IMG/VR virus record: IMGVR_UViG_3300030060_005339
Span: 1 to 59,134 of that record
DNA: 59,134 bases
Source: a virus
Taxonomy: Duplodnaviria > Caudoviricetes
Reading direction: 5' to 3' (one strand)
The translations under genes and the position numbers were made by a program. Positions 16,819 to 25,886 of the stretch are shown piece after piece (within the stretch, counting starts at the first letter, position 1; each line of letters starts with the position of its first letter). Under the pieces are notes generated by a model, which made no database searches, was not told where the DNA came from, and worked only from the letters and a program-made list of their open reading frames with translations.

Positions 16819-17508
16819 GTGGCCTATCTACATAGCAACATACCCCACTTTAAGTGTTGGGTAAGGAAAGAGTACACCCACAACCACGAACGGTTTCATG
16901 GCGAGTTTTTACACGCCATGGCTGTGGGTGTCACAACAATGCCTTGTAGATGTCTTAGTTTTCAAATTATTTTTACAGGTGTTCCTTCCGAAGAACAGGA
17001 AGAACAAGGAATGGAAAACGTGTACGGTGGTGCAATGTGGGCAAGAATGCCTATTACTGCCTTAGTAGGAGACACGCCATTTACCGAATGGCCAGAACCT
17101 ATGGCTGTACATGATGCTCAGCCTTGGGATTGTTCTTCTCACAATCATGCAGTCTACGTTATAGACAGGGCAACACCATGTCCTTGGTTAGCAAAGATAG
17201 GTGGACAAATGTATCCAGCTAAATACTTGTTTACAGTAGATTACGCAGAGAACGAAATTGCAGACGATCCTGCACAGCACAAACAAAGTCATGTTATGGA
17301 ATTATTAGATGCGGGGCCGTGGACAGGTAACATAGTTGCCTTACCAAACAACCGTGTCAGAGTTACACATCCAGCTTGGTTTGAAACGGGACAAGGAGCA
17401 CCTGATTTCAAACCGTCAGCTCACATACATTATTCTAAATCTGATTTAGATTATACGTTGGATGTTAATAGAATATTTGATAATCTATACGCAGAGGAAG
17501 AAGAATAA
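16819..17508 (+). CDS. Conserved phage hypothetical protein (GGAMWARMPI...QPWDC...ALPNNRVR)
   Basis: 229-aa coupled ORF; function not recognised. Confidence 0.85.
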   Translation: MAYLHSNIPHFKCWVRKEYTHNHERFHGEFLHAMAVGVTTMPCRCLSFQIIFTGVPSEEQEEQGMENVYGGAMWARMPITALVGDTPFTEWPEPMAVHDAQPWDCSSHNHAVYVIDRATPCPWLAKIGGQMYPAKYLFTVDYAENEIADDPAQHKQSHVMELLDAGPWTGNIVALPNNRVRVTHPAWFETGQGAPDFKPSAHIHYSKSDLDYTLDVNRIFDNLYAEEEE

Positions 17509-18167
17509 TGGCAACATCAGGAACAACTTCATTTGATTTAAGCGTAGATGAAATTATAGAAGAGGCATACGAAAGATGCGGTCTTGAGTTACGCACTGGC
17601 TATGACTTAGAAACAGCGAGACGCTCATTAAACATAATGATTGCTGAATGGGCAAACAGAGGCTTAAACCAATGGCTAATAACAGAGAACACTTTTACTG
17701 TTACAAAAGGAACTGACGAATACAGTTTAGGAACAGATATAGTAGATATTACTTCTGCTGTTATTACGCGTGATGGCACAGATTTTCAAATGTCTAGATT
17801 GAGTAGGTCTGATTATCTCTATACCCCTAACAAAACGGATCAGGCAAAGCCTACTCAATTCTTTTTAGAAAGACACATAACACCAAAAGTTTATTTATAC
17901 CCCACTCCAGAAAATTCTACAGATGTAATCAAATACTACGCTTTAACAAGAATACAAGATGCAGGGGACTACACGAACACGATGGAAATAACATTTAGGT
18001 TCTTGCCTTGCTTAACAGCAGGTCTTGCCTATTATATTGCTATGAAAAGAGCTCCAGATAGGTTACAGTTATTAAAAACAGTTTATGACGAGGAATGGGA
18101 TAGAGCAGCAAGTGAAGATATAGATTCTGTAAGCTCTAAATTCTTACCTCCAAGAATGATAATATAA
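17508..18167 (+). CDS. Head-tail adaptor / connector protein
   Basis: MATSGTTSFDL...EEAYERCG...ARRSLN...WANRG...LAYYIAMK. Confidence 0.7.
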   Translation: MATSGTTSFDLSVDEIIEEAYERCGLELRTGYDLETARRSLNIMIAEWANRGLNQWLITENTFTVTKGTDEYSLGTDIVDITSAVITRDGTDFQMSRLSRSDYLYTPNKTDQAKPTQFFLERHITPKVYLYPTPENSTDVIKYYALTRIQDAGDYTNTMEITFRFLPCLTAGLAYYIAMKRAPDRLQLLKTVYDEEWDRAASEDIDSVSSKFLPPRMII

Positions 18168-18178
18168 AGGAAAATAAT

Positions 18179-18649
18179 ATGAGTATTTTTAAAACATTAG
18201 GAGGTATACGACAACCAACGTTTACAACACCTACATTACCTATGACTGGACCTGCGGCTCCTTCACAAATGCCAGTAATGCCAGTTGTTTCACCCCCTGC
18301 ACCAATGCCTATTCGAGGACCTGGTGAGATTGGTATTGGTGGCACTACTGCTCCCATCATGCCTCCTTCTAATCCTGGCCCTGGCCCTAGTCCTATGCCT
18401 GGCCCTAGTCCTATGCCTATGCCTATGCCTGTGCCACCAGAAGGTGCTATGCCTGTGCCTGTGCGAGGCGGAACTTTAAAAAAACTAATGTTTGAAAGGG
18501 ATAGACTACAAGCTAGATTAGATCAGATTAATGCAAGGATACAAGAATTAATGCAAGGTCAAGGTTCTGGAAAATCACAAGAAGGAATTGGAAATCTTTT
18601 AGAACAACTATTAAGGAATCAGAGCGAAAGAGGCGATTTCGGCGATTAA
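18179..18649 (+). CDS. Proline-rich protein with a C-terminal coiled coil
   Basis: (PGPSPM) and (PM) repeats; AAGGA RBS. Confidence 0.7.
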   Translation: MSIFKTLGGIRQPTFTTPTLPMTGPAAPSQMPVMPVVSPPAPMPIRGPGEIGIGGTTAPIMPPSNPGPGPSPMPGPSPMPMPMPVPPEGAMPVPVRGGTLKKLMFERDRLQARLDQINARIQELMQGQGSGKSQEGIGNLLEQLLRNQSERGDFGD

Positions 18650-18655
18650 AACAAA

Positions 18656-19444
18656 ATGGCTTTTGCTTCTGGTAAACGAGCTTATGGAATTTGTGACACT
18701 TGTGGACAAAGATACCGTTTACATCAGTTGCAAGAACAATGGGACGGTTTCAAAACTTGCCCAGAATGTTTCGATCCTAAACAACCTCAACTAGAAGCTC
18801 CCCCTGTTGGAGCTGATCCAGAAGCTTTACTGAACCCACGACCAGACAGAACAGAGCCTTCTGCTCAAAGTCTTCTTGTAAATAATCCATTTCTTACTAC
18901 ACAAGGTAGTGCAGTGATAACTGTCTTTGAAGATAATCATGGCAGAAGCACAGGAGATAAAGTTAGATTTAGAAACGTAGATTCTTTTGATGGTTTTACA
19001 AGCAGTGTCATAGAAGATCCTGATGGATATGCAATCACAGTAACTGCTAATACAACTACTGACATACTTAATTACAACAACAATACATATACTTTTACAG
19101 CTACGTCTGGAACAGGCACAGCAGGAGCTAGAGGAGGCGGAATAGATTGTACAGTTGGACCTGCACAAACGCTTTTGCCTTTAAATCCATTTAAAACAGG
19201 TAGCTCAGGAGCAAGTACAGTTATATTTGTTACAGAATTTAAACATGGTAGAACTACTGGAGATACAGTAAGATTCAGAGACACAGAGGCTGTTGATGGT
19301 GTGACGACCACTGTACTTGAAGCAGCAAGTGGATATACAATAACAGTGGTAGATACAAACGAGTATAAGTTTACATCTACAGGAACAGCCACCACAGGTG
19401 ATGTTACAGGTGGTGGAGATAGCGTAACAGCAGGACCAGTATAA
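18656..19444 (+). CDS. Putative structural protein: N-terminal CxxC...CxxC plus two tandem beta-rich repeats
   Basis: CDTC...CPEC; duplicated NPFxT...HGRxTGDxVRFR...GYxITV...FT unit. Confidence 0.75.
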   Translation: MAFASGKRAYGICDTCGQRYRLHQLQEQWDGFKTCPECFDPKQPQLEAPPVGADPEALLNPRPDRTEPSAQSLLVNNPFLTTQGSAVITVFEDNHGRSTGDKVRFRNVDSFDGFTSSVIEDPDGYAITVTANTTTDILNYNNNTYTFTATSGTGTAGARGGGIDCTVGPAQTLLPLNPFKTGSSGASTVIFVTEFKHGRTTGDTVRFRDTEAVDGVTTTVLEAASGYTITVVDTNEYKFTSTGTATTGDVTGGGDSVTAGPV

Positions 19445-20100
19445 TGGCAGGATTTACATATAGCTCACTAAAAACAACAATACAAAACTATGTAGATAGT
19501 TCTGAAACAACTTTTGTTGATACGTTGAATACTATTATTGAACAAGCCGAAGAACGTATTTTAAAAGGCGTTTGGTTAGATAATTTTAAAAAGAACGTCA
19601 CAGGAACAGCTACAGCAGACAGTCCTTACTTAGGAATGCCTACAGATTTCTTAGCTCCTTTTAGTTTAGCTGTGATAGATAGTGACACATATCATTATCT
19701 TAATTTAAAACAAGTTAGTTTTATGAGGGCCTACAAACCAACTACGACTGGTTCTGTAACAGGAAGACCAAAATATTATGGCGAATTTGATAGCGACACT
19801 TTTATCCTTGCACCTACCCCTAGTAGTAACTTTACATTTGAACTTCACTATTTTTACAGGCCATCTTCTTTGACCGCAGCTGGGGATAGCGGACAAACTT
19901 GGCTTTCTGAAAACGCACCTATAGCTTTGCTGTACGCATGTTTAACAGAAGCAGCCATATTTTTAAAAATGGATCCAACAGAAATAACAACATACAACCA
20001 AAGGTTTGAGGACGCTTTGGCTAGATTAAAAAACACTGCAGAGGGAGCAGGAACACAAAGTCAGTACAGATACGACCAAGTTCGTATTCCTACCACCTAA
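19444..20100 (+). CDS. Adaptor / tail tubular protein A-like
   Basis: TYSSLKTTIQNY...AEERI...GRPKYY...APTP...LLYACL. Confidence 0.65.
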   Translation: MAGFTYSSLKTTIQNYVDSSETTFVDTLNTIIEQAEERILKGVWLDNFKKNVTGTATADSPYLGMPTDFLAPFSLAVIDSDTYHYLNLKQVSFMRAYKPTTTGSVTGRPKYYGEFDSDTFILAPTPSSNFTFELHYFYRPSSLTAAGDSGQTWLSENAPIALLYACLTEAAIFLKMDPTEITTYNQRFEDALARLKNTAEGAGTQSQYRYDQVRIPTT

Positions 20101-20828
20101 TGCTACAAAAACCTCTTCCAGAGTTGGAAGGTAAAAACATCGCGCTTGTAGCTATGGGGCAAAGTCAATTAGATTATCATTTGTCCAGGACACACAGTCT
20201 GACGTTTGATGAAGTGTGGGCCGTAAACGCTATGATAAGTGTTTTACCAGAAGTAGACAGAGCGTTTATTTTAGATCCTATGTCTAGGTTTTTTGATACA
20301 GAGGATGCAGGCACCATGACCCAAGTTATGAGAAAGTATTTGCCTGAAATTGAATACCCCATATATACGTGCGAGCTTGACGAACGTGTACCAGCTGCAG
20401 AAGAATTTCCATTAGGACCTTTGGTAGGTGATTTAACATGTGCTTACCTCAACAACACTGTAGCCTACGCTATAGCTTTTGCTCTATGGAACAAGGTAAG
20501 TCATTTAACAGTTTTTGGCGTAGACTTTACTTATAAAACTAACATGCACTTTGCAGAGTCAGGTAAAGCTTGTTGTGAGTTTTGGTTAGCTAAATGTATG
20601 GAAAATAATATACAGGTGTCTGTAGCACCTAGATCTAATTTACTTGAAACAGATGTTCCTACAAAAGAAAAGTTGTACGGCTATCATAGACTAGAAGACC
20701 CTGTTGTTACTTACATGGATAAAGGTAAGATGGGCGTTTGTAAATGGTCTGATATAATAAAACAACAACAACAATTTATTGGAATGATAGATAGAAATGA
20801 TTTACCACCAGAACCAGAGGAATATTAA
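20100..20828 (+). CDS. Rossmann-like enzyme, weakly sialyltransferase/DUF115-like
   Basis: IALVAMG...VWAVN...NNTVAYAIAFAL...VFGVDF; the ORF is clear, the function is tentative. Confidence 0.5.
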   Translation: MLQKPLPELEGKNIALVAMGQSQLDYHLSRTHSLTFDEVWAVNAMISVLPEVDRAFILDPMSRFFDTEDAGTMTQVMRKYLPEIEYPIYTCELDERVPAAEEFPLGPLVGDLTCAYLNNTVAYAIAFALWNKVSHLTVFGVDFTYKTNMHFAESGKACCEFWLAKCMENNIQVSVAPRSNLLETDVPTKEKLYGYHRLEDPVVTYMDKGKMGVCKWSDIIKQQQQFIGMIDRNDLPPEPEEY

Positions 20829-21118
20829 TGTTTTCACTTGATTCAGAAACAGAAGTTGGTAATCTTAACGTTACTACAACGAATAACAGAGGGCACACTG
20901 TAGAAGAAGTTGCAGAAATGGCTACTAATAGATTAGTTTCCATTAGCGACACGGCCCCTGCACCCATTAGGGCACAAGCACATGCTTTTAAAGAAGCATG
21001 CAAACACATTATTACTTATTATATGCGCGAGGCCGTAAAGAACCACGTTTGTACAATATGTAATGAATTAGAAAAACAAGGTCAAAAAGACCTAGCTAAT
21101 ATTATTAGGAGACTATAA
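20828..21118 (+). CDS. Hypothetical protein
   Basis: 96-aa coupled ORF. Confidence 0.8.
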   Translation: MFSLDSETEVGNLNVTTTNNRGHTVEEVAEMATNRLVSISDTAPAPIRAQAHAFKEACKHIITYYMREAVKNHVCTICNELEKQGQKDLANIIRRL

Positions 21119-21549
21119 TGGCTATAACACAAGCAATGTGCACTTCTTTTAAAAAAGAACTTTTAGAGGGCGTTCACAATTTTAAAGCTTCGGGTGGCAA
21201 CACTTTTAAGCTGGCGTTATACACAAGCTCTGCAACTATGACTGCAGCCACTACAGCGTTTACTACAACTAACCAAGCTAGTGGAACAAACTACACATCA
21301 GGCGGAGCAGCGTTAACAAATGTCAATCCAACATCTTCTGGAACCACTGCGTTTACAGATTTCAACGATCTTACATTTGGAACAGCAACAATCACAGCAA
21401 GAGGTTGTATGATTTACAACGACTCTGCGTCAGGTGATCCAGCTGTTGCGGTGTTTGATTTTGGTGGAGACAAGACATCAACTGCGGGAAGCTTTACTAT
21501 TCAATTCCCAGCAGCAGACGCAAGTAACGCAGTAATAAGAATAGCGTAA
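21118..21549 (+). CDS. Putative tail structural protein
   Basis: MAITQAMCTSFKKELL...FKLALYT...DFGGDKTST. Confidence 0.7.
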   Translation: MAITQAMCTSFKKELLEGVHNFKASGGNTFKLALYTSSATMTAATTAFTTTNQASGTNYTSGGAALTNVNPTSSGTTAFTDFNDLTFGTATITARGCMIYNDSASGDPAVAVFDFGGDKTSTAGSFTIQFPAADASNAVIRIA

Positions 21550-21555
21550 CCCTAG

Positions 21556-22353
21556 ATGTCAGGTTGGGGTCGAGCTGGCTGGGGCGAAGGGCCCTGGGGT
21601 CAGCCCGCAATAGTTAATGTAGCTGTAAACCTTACAGGTGTTGCAGGAACTTCTGCGTTAGGTACAGAAACAGTATCTTGTGACGCAAACGTAGCTGAAA
21701 CAGGTGTTACTTGTACAGGTTCGGTTGGATCTCTCACAGCTACAGGACAAGCTAATGTTACAGAAACAGGTCTAGCAGGAACTTCTGCGCTAGGATCGGT
21801 CAGCGTTTCTGCAGGAGCAGTTGTAACAGAAACAGGTGTAACAGCCACTAGCGGTATAGGTTCTCTTGTTGCTACAGGTACAGCAAACGTAACTGAAACA
21901 GGTCTAGCGGGAACAGGTGGTTTAGGTTCCCTTACAGCCACAGGTGCAGCGAATCAAGCTGTAACAGGATTAGCAGGGACAACAGCACTAGGAAATGTTT
22001 TAACTGCAGGTGCTGCAATAACAGGTGTTTCAGGCACCGCTTCTACAATTTCAGTAGGAGACGAAACTGTAATATGTGACGCTAACGTAGCTTGTACAGG
22101 AGTATCAGCAACTGGTGCGCTAGGAAGCGTAACTACATTTACAGAAAATATTGTATCTATAACAGGTGTTGGAGCAACATCAGCAATAGGTAATTTAACT
22201 GTAAACGCTCAAGCTATTGTGGTTCCAACAGGAGTAGAAGCAATAGGGGCTGTCAGTCAAATATTAGTTTGGGGTCCTATTATTCCTGGACAAGATCCAA
22301 GTTGGACAAATGTTACAGATACACAAAATCCAGGGTGGGAAGAAGTTGCTTAA
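21556..22353 (+). CDS. Putative tail spike / beta-helical structural protein
   Basis: GWG repeats, then about 21-aa VTETGxxGTxxLGS repeats. Confidence 0.65.
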   Translation: MSGWGRAGWGEGPWGQPAIVNVAVNLTGVAGTSALGTETVSCDANVAETGVTCTGSVGSLTATGQANVTETGLAGTSALGSVSVSAGAVVTETGVTATSGIGSLVATGTANVTETGLAGTGGLGSLTATGAANQAVTGLAGTTALGNVLTAGAAITGVSGTASTISVGDETVICDANVACTGVSATGALGSVTTFTENIVSITGVGATSAIGNLTVNAQAIVVPTGVEAIGAVSQILVWGPIIPGQDPSWTNVTDTQNPGWEEVA

Positions 22354-22395
22354 CTATCCAATAAAAAGTAATATTATCAAAGCGGAGACAAATAT

Positions 22396-25047
22396 ATGGC
22401 AAGCTCATACGTAAATGATTTAAGACTCAATGAAATGGCGACAGGTGATGCGTCAGGAACATGGGGCGATGTGACGAATACGAACCTCGAATTGATTGGA
22501 GAGGCTCTTAGTTTCGGCACAGAGGCTATAACAACCAATGCTGACACGCATACCACCACAGTAGCCGACGGTGCTGCTGATCCTGGTAGAGCTATGTACC
22601 TCAAATATACGGGAACATTAGATTCAGCCTGTACGATTACGATTGGACCGAACACTATAAGCAGAATGCAGTTTATTGAGAATGGCACAAGTGGTTCTCA
22701 AAACATAATAATTTCACAGGGTTCTGGAGCTAACGTAACTATACCTCCAGGAGACACAAAAGCAGTTTACCTAGATGGTGCTGGAAGTGGCGCAGCAGTA
22801 GTAGACGCTTTTGCTAGTCTTTCCACAGTAGACCTAAAAGTACAAGACGATTTAACAGTTACAGATGATGTAAGTGTGGGCGGAGATTTAGCTACAACAG
22901 GTGCTTCTACAGCAGCCAGTTATAATGGAATTACAAGTAAGACCTTTGGTACTGGCTCCATAATGATTGGAGATAATGCTACAGGTACTATAGATGCTGC
23001 TAATTATAATACTGGTTTAGGTGTAGATATTTACGCTGCATTAACGACAGGTGATGAAAATACAGCTATTGGTGCATTTAGTTTAGGTGCAGTTACAACA
23101 GGTAGATACAATACTGGTTTAGGTAAAGGCACTCTGGAAGCAACAACAACCGCAGATAGTAATACGGCTGTTGGAACAAATGCTATGCAGAGCAACACTA
23201 CAGGAACACAAAATGTTGCGGTAGGTTCGTCATCATTAGACGCTAATACTACAGGAGACAATCTTGTTGCTCTCGGTCATGCTGCTTTAGGGGCTAATAC
23301 AACTGCTGACGATAATACGGCAATAGGAGCATTTTCATTAGATGCTAATACAACTGGTACTGGAAACACTGCTGTCGGTAAAAGTTCTTTAGGTGCTAAC
23401 ACTACAGGTACTGCAAACACAGCAGTCGGTAAAAATGCTTTAGAAGTAAATACCACAGGTTCAGAAAACACAGCAGTTGGTACAGCAGCGTTAGACGCTA
23501 ATACTACAGGTTCTTCCAGCACAGCAATGGGTACTTATGCTTTAGGAGCAAACACCACAGGAGAATCAAATACAGCCTTTGGTCATAATGTTTTAAATGA
23601 CAACACTACAGGTTCGTATAACGTAGCCGTTGGTGCAGGGTCTTTACAATTAAATACAACAGGTACAAGAAACACAGCAGTTGGACAAAATGCTTTAGAC
23701 ACTAACACTGAAGGAAATGACAACGTAGCAATCGGACTTAATTCTTTAGACGATAACACGACAGGTGATAACAACACAGCAGTTGGTAGAAGTTCTTTAG
23801 CTAATAATACAACCGCAGACGGCAATACAGCAGTTGGTTACTATGCTTTAGAGGCAAACACTACAGGTACAGGAAATGTTGGTATAGGTTATCAAGCTTT
23901 AGATGCAAATACGACTGCATCTAATAATAACGCTCTTGGCTATGGTGCTTTAGGTGCTAATACCACAGGAGCACATAATAATGCTTTTGGAACTTTAGCA
24001 TTAGATGCAAACACGACAGGTCAACAAAACACAGGTATAGGCACTAATGCTTTAGGAGCAAATACAACTGCAAGTTACAGCACAGGAGTTGGCTATCAGG
24101 CTCTAGCAGCAAATACAACTGGTCAAGAAAATGCTGCATTTGGAACAGATTCCTTATTAGCAAATACTACAGGTGGCAGAAATACTGGAATTGGTGCTTA
24201 CGCTTTAAACGCAAACACTACTGCGTCTAATAATACAGGCGTAGGTTATTCAGCTTTAATTGCAAACACTACAGGAGCTCAAAACGTAGCAGTTGGAACA
24301 CAATCATTAGACGCTTGCACAACAGGAAGTAATAACACCGCACTAGGATATGAAGCACTTGGTAAACATACTACTGGTACAGATTGCGTAGCAGTAGGCA
24401 GAGCAGCAGCACTTGATAACACAACAGGTAGTGGAGCTGTTGCATTAGGTGTGGAAGCATTAGAAAACGCTACTACTGGCAGCAATAATGTAGGATTAGG
24501 AAAACAAGCTGGTAGGTCAGTTTCTACTGGTGGTAATAATATGTTACTTGGTCCTTTTGCTGGTAACTCAGGCTCACCAGGAGGAGAAATAACAAGTGGT
24601 AATAACGAAGTTACTTTAGGTAATGGCGACCATTCTAAAATAAATGCACAAGTATCAATCACAGTAGCTTCTGATGAGAGAGACAAAACAGATTTTCAAC
24701 CTTTATCTGCTGGATTAGATTTTGTAAATCAATTAAGACCATATACTTATTACTGGGATAAAAGACATAAGTATGTAGATTGGGCAGAAAATCCTGATGT
24801 GGATTTGAATACTATTACACATGATGGCACACACAAAGAAGATTGGATGGATGTTGGCTTTAAAGCACAAGATGTTGTTGCTTTAGAAGAATCAATAAAT
24901 CATAGCTTATCTGATAAAACTAATTTGGTTAGTAACTTGTCAGGTGATGGTAAACAATATTCTTTGCAATATGAAAAGTTTGTACCAATATTAGTAAAAG
25001 CAGTGCAAGAACTTTCGGCTAAAGTTGAAGAATTAGAAAAACATTAA
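22396..25047 (+). CDS. Tail fibre with about 14-aa NTAVG repeats and a C-terminal S74 intramolecular chaperone
   Basis: Dozens of NTAVGxxALxxNTTG repeats; SDERDK...GFKAQDV...LVKAVQEL. Confidence 0.9.
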   Translation: MASSYVNDLRLNEMATGDASGTWGDVTNTNLELIGEALSFGTEAITTNADTHTTTVADGAADPGRAMYLKYTGTLDSACTITIGPNTISRMQFIENGTSGSQNIIISQGSGANVTIPPGDTKAVYLDGAGSGAAVVDAFASLSTVDLKVQDDLTVTDDVSVGGDLATTGASTAASYNGITSKTFGTGSIMIGDNATGTIDAANYNTGLGVDIYAALTTGDENTAIGAFSLGAVTTGRYNTGLGKGTLEATTTADSNTAVGTNAMQSNTTGTQNVAVGSSSLDANTTGDNLVALGHAALGANTTADDNTAIGAFSLDANTTGTGNTAVGKSSLGANTTGTANTAVGKNALEVNTTGSENTAVGTAALDANTTGSSSTAMGTYALGANTTGESNTAFGHNVLNDNTTGSYNVAVGAGSLQLNTTGTRNTAVGQNALDTNTEGNDNVAIGLNSLDDNTTGDNNTAVGRSSLANNTTADGNTAVGYYALEANTTGTGNVGIGYQALDANTTASNNNALGYGALGANTTGAHNNAFGTLALDANTTGQQNTGIGTNALGANTTASYSTGVGYQALAANTTGQENAAFGTDSLLANTTGGRNTGIGAYALNANTTASNNTGVGYSALIANTTGAQNVAVGTQSLDACTTGSNNTALGYEALGKHTTGTDCVAVGRAAALDNTTGSGAVALGVEALENATTGSNNVGLGKQAGRSVSTGGNNMLLGPFAGNSGSPGGEITSGNNEVTLGNGDHSKINAQVSITVASDERDKTDFQPLSAGLDFVNQLRPYTYYWDKRHKYVDWAENPDVDLNTITHDGTHKEDWMDVGFKAQDVVALEESINHSLSDKTNLVSNLSGDGKQYSLQYEKFVPILVKAVQELSAKVEELEKH

Positions 25048-25059
25048 AAGGAGAATAAT

Positions 25060-25356
25060 ATGCATCAAACAGTAGCAGAATGCTTAACAGCAGCAACAGA
25101 TAGTGCCACAGTTATTAATGACGTTAATACTAATGGCAAAAGGTCAACGCACATTGGCGGTACAGCAGATACAGATACAGATATGTCGCAAGCAGATATA
25201 AATATATTAATACAACAAAATGTTGACCATTTAGAAGTAATTTTGGCTTACGATGGCACTGGTCTTACACCTAACGTGGTAGGTTCATCTTCAAGTAAAA
25301 AGACTACTTGTAGTGACGCTATTACTACAGGTAAAGCGTACATTGCAGCGAATTAA
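25060..25356 (+). CDS. Hypothetical protein, possible tail fibre assembly factor
   Basis: 98 aa, AAGGAG RBS. Confidence 0.75.
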   Translation: MHQTVAECLTAATDSATVINDVNTNGKRSTHIGGTADTDTDMSQADINILIQQNVDHLEVILAYDGTGLTPNVVGSSSSKKTTCSDAITTGKAYIAAN

Positions 25357-25374
25357 TAATAAAGGAGAAAATAA

Positions 25375-25539
25375 ATGTTATATCTTAATATTTTTGCTTG
25401 GGTTACAGCCATAATAGCAATAGCTTCATTAGTAGCTGCTATTACACCCACCCCAAAAGGAGATAAATTTTTGGCTAAACTATATAAAGTCATAGACTTT
25501 TTAGCTCTTAATATTGGTAAAGCCAAGGATAGATCATGA
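25375..25539 (+). CDS. Small membrane protein, putative holin (54 aa)
   Basis: Translated by hand: MLYLNIFAWVTAIIAIASLVAAITPTPKGD...LALNIGKAK. Confidence 0.65.
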   Translation: MLYLNIFAWVTAIIAIASLVAAITPTPKGDKFLAKLYKVIDFLALNIGKAKDRS

Positions 25540-25697
25540 GTTGGTGGAACAAAGTAGTTGGTTTTTGGACGAACACTGAGGAAGTAAAAGTTCGTGCTAG
25601 AACCGAAGAAGGTAAATTTGTTGCTGACGACAAATCTACTCCAGATGTTAATGAAGCTTACACAACTAAACGGGTAAAGAAAAAGTCTAAGAAGTAA
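25536..25697 (+). CDS. Small protein (53 aa, RARTEEGKFVADDKSTPDVNEAY)
   Basis: Translated by hand; coupled on both sides. Confidence 0.65.
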   Translation: MSWWNKVVGFWTNTEEVKVRARTEEGKFVADDKSTPDVNEAYTTKRVKKKSKK

Positions 25698-25879
25698 TGG
25701 CTACTGCTAAAGAAGCGTTACTCAAAGTAGAGGCACATGAAAGAGAGTGTGCAATTCGTTATGAAAATATAGAAAAACGATTGGACGAAGGCTCTGCTAA
25801 ATTTAGAAGATTAGAGTATATTATGTGGGGCCTTTACGGTTTGACTGCTGCTTCTTTAGGTATAGATAAATTAATATAA
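25697..25879 (+). CDS. Coiled-coil plus TM protein (XhlA/holin-like)
   Basis: HERECAIRYENIEKRL followed by a hydrophobic C-terminus. Confidence 0.6.
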   Translation: MATAKEALLKVEAHERECAIRYENIEKRLDEGSAKFRRLEYIMWGLYGLTAASLGIDKLI

Positions 25880-25886
25880 ATGCGAA

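Noticed and set aside
22900-24560. Periodic repeats of about 42 nt as a CRISPR array or DGR
   Set aside because: They are degenerate coding repeats of the tail fibre (NTAVG units). There is no constant repeat/spacer pattern, no cas gene and no reverse transcriptase.
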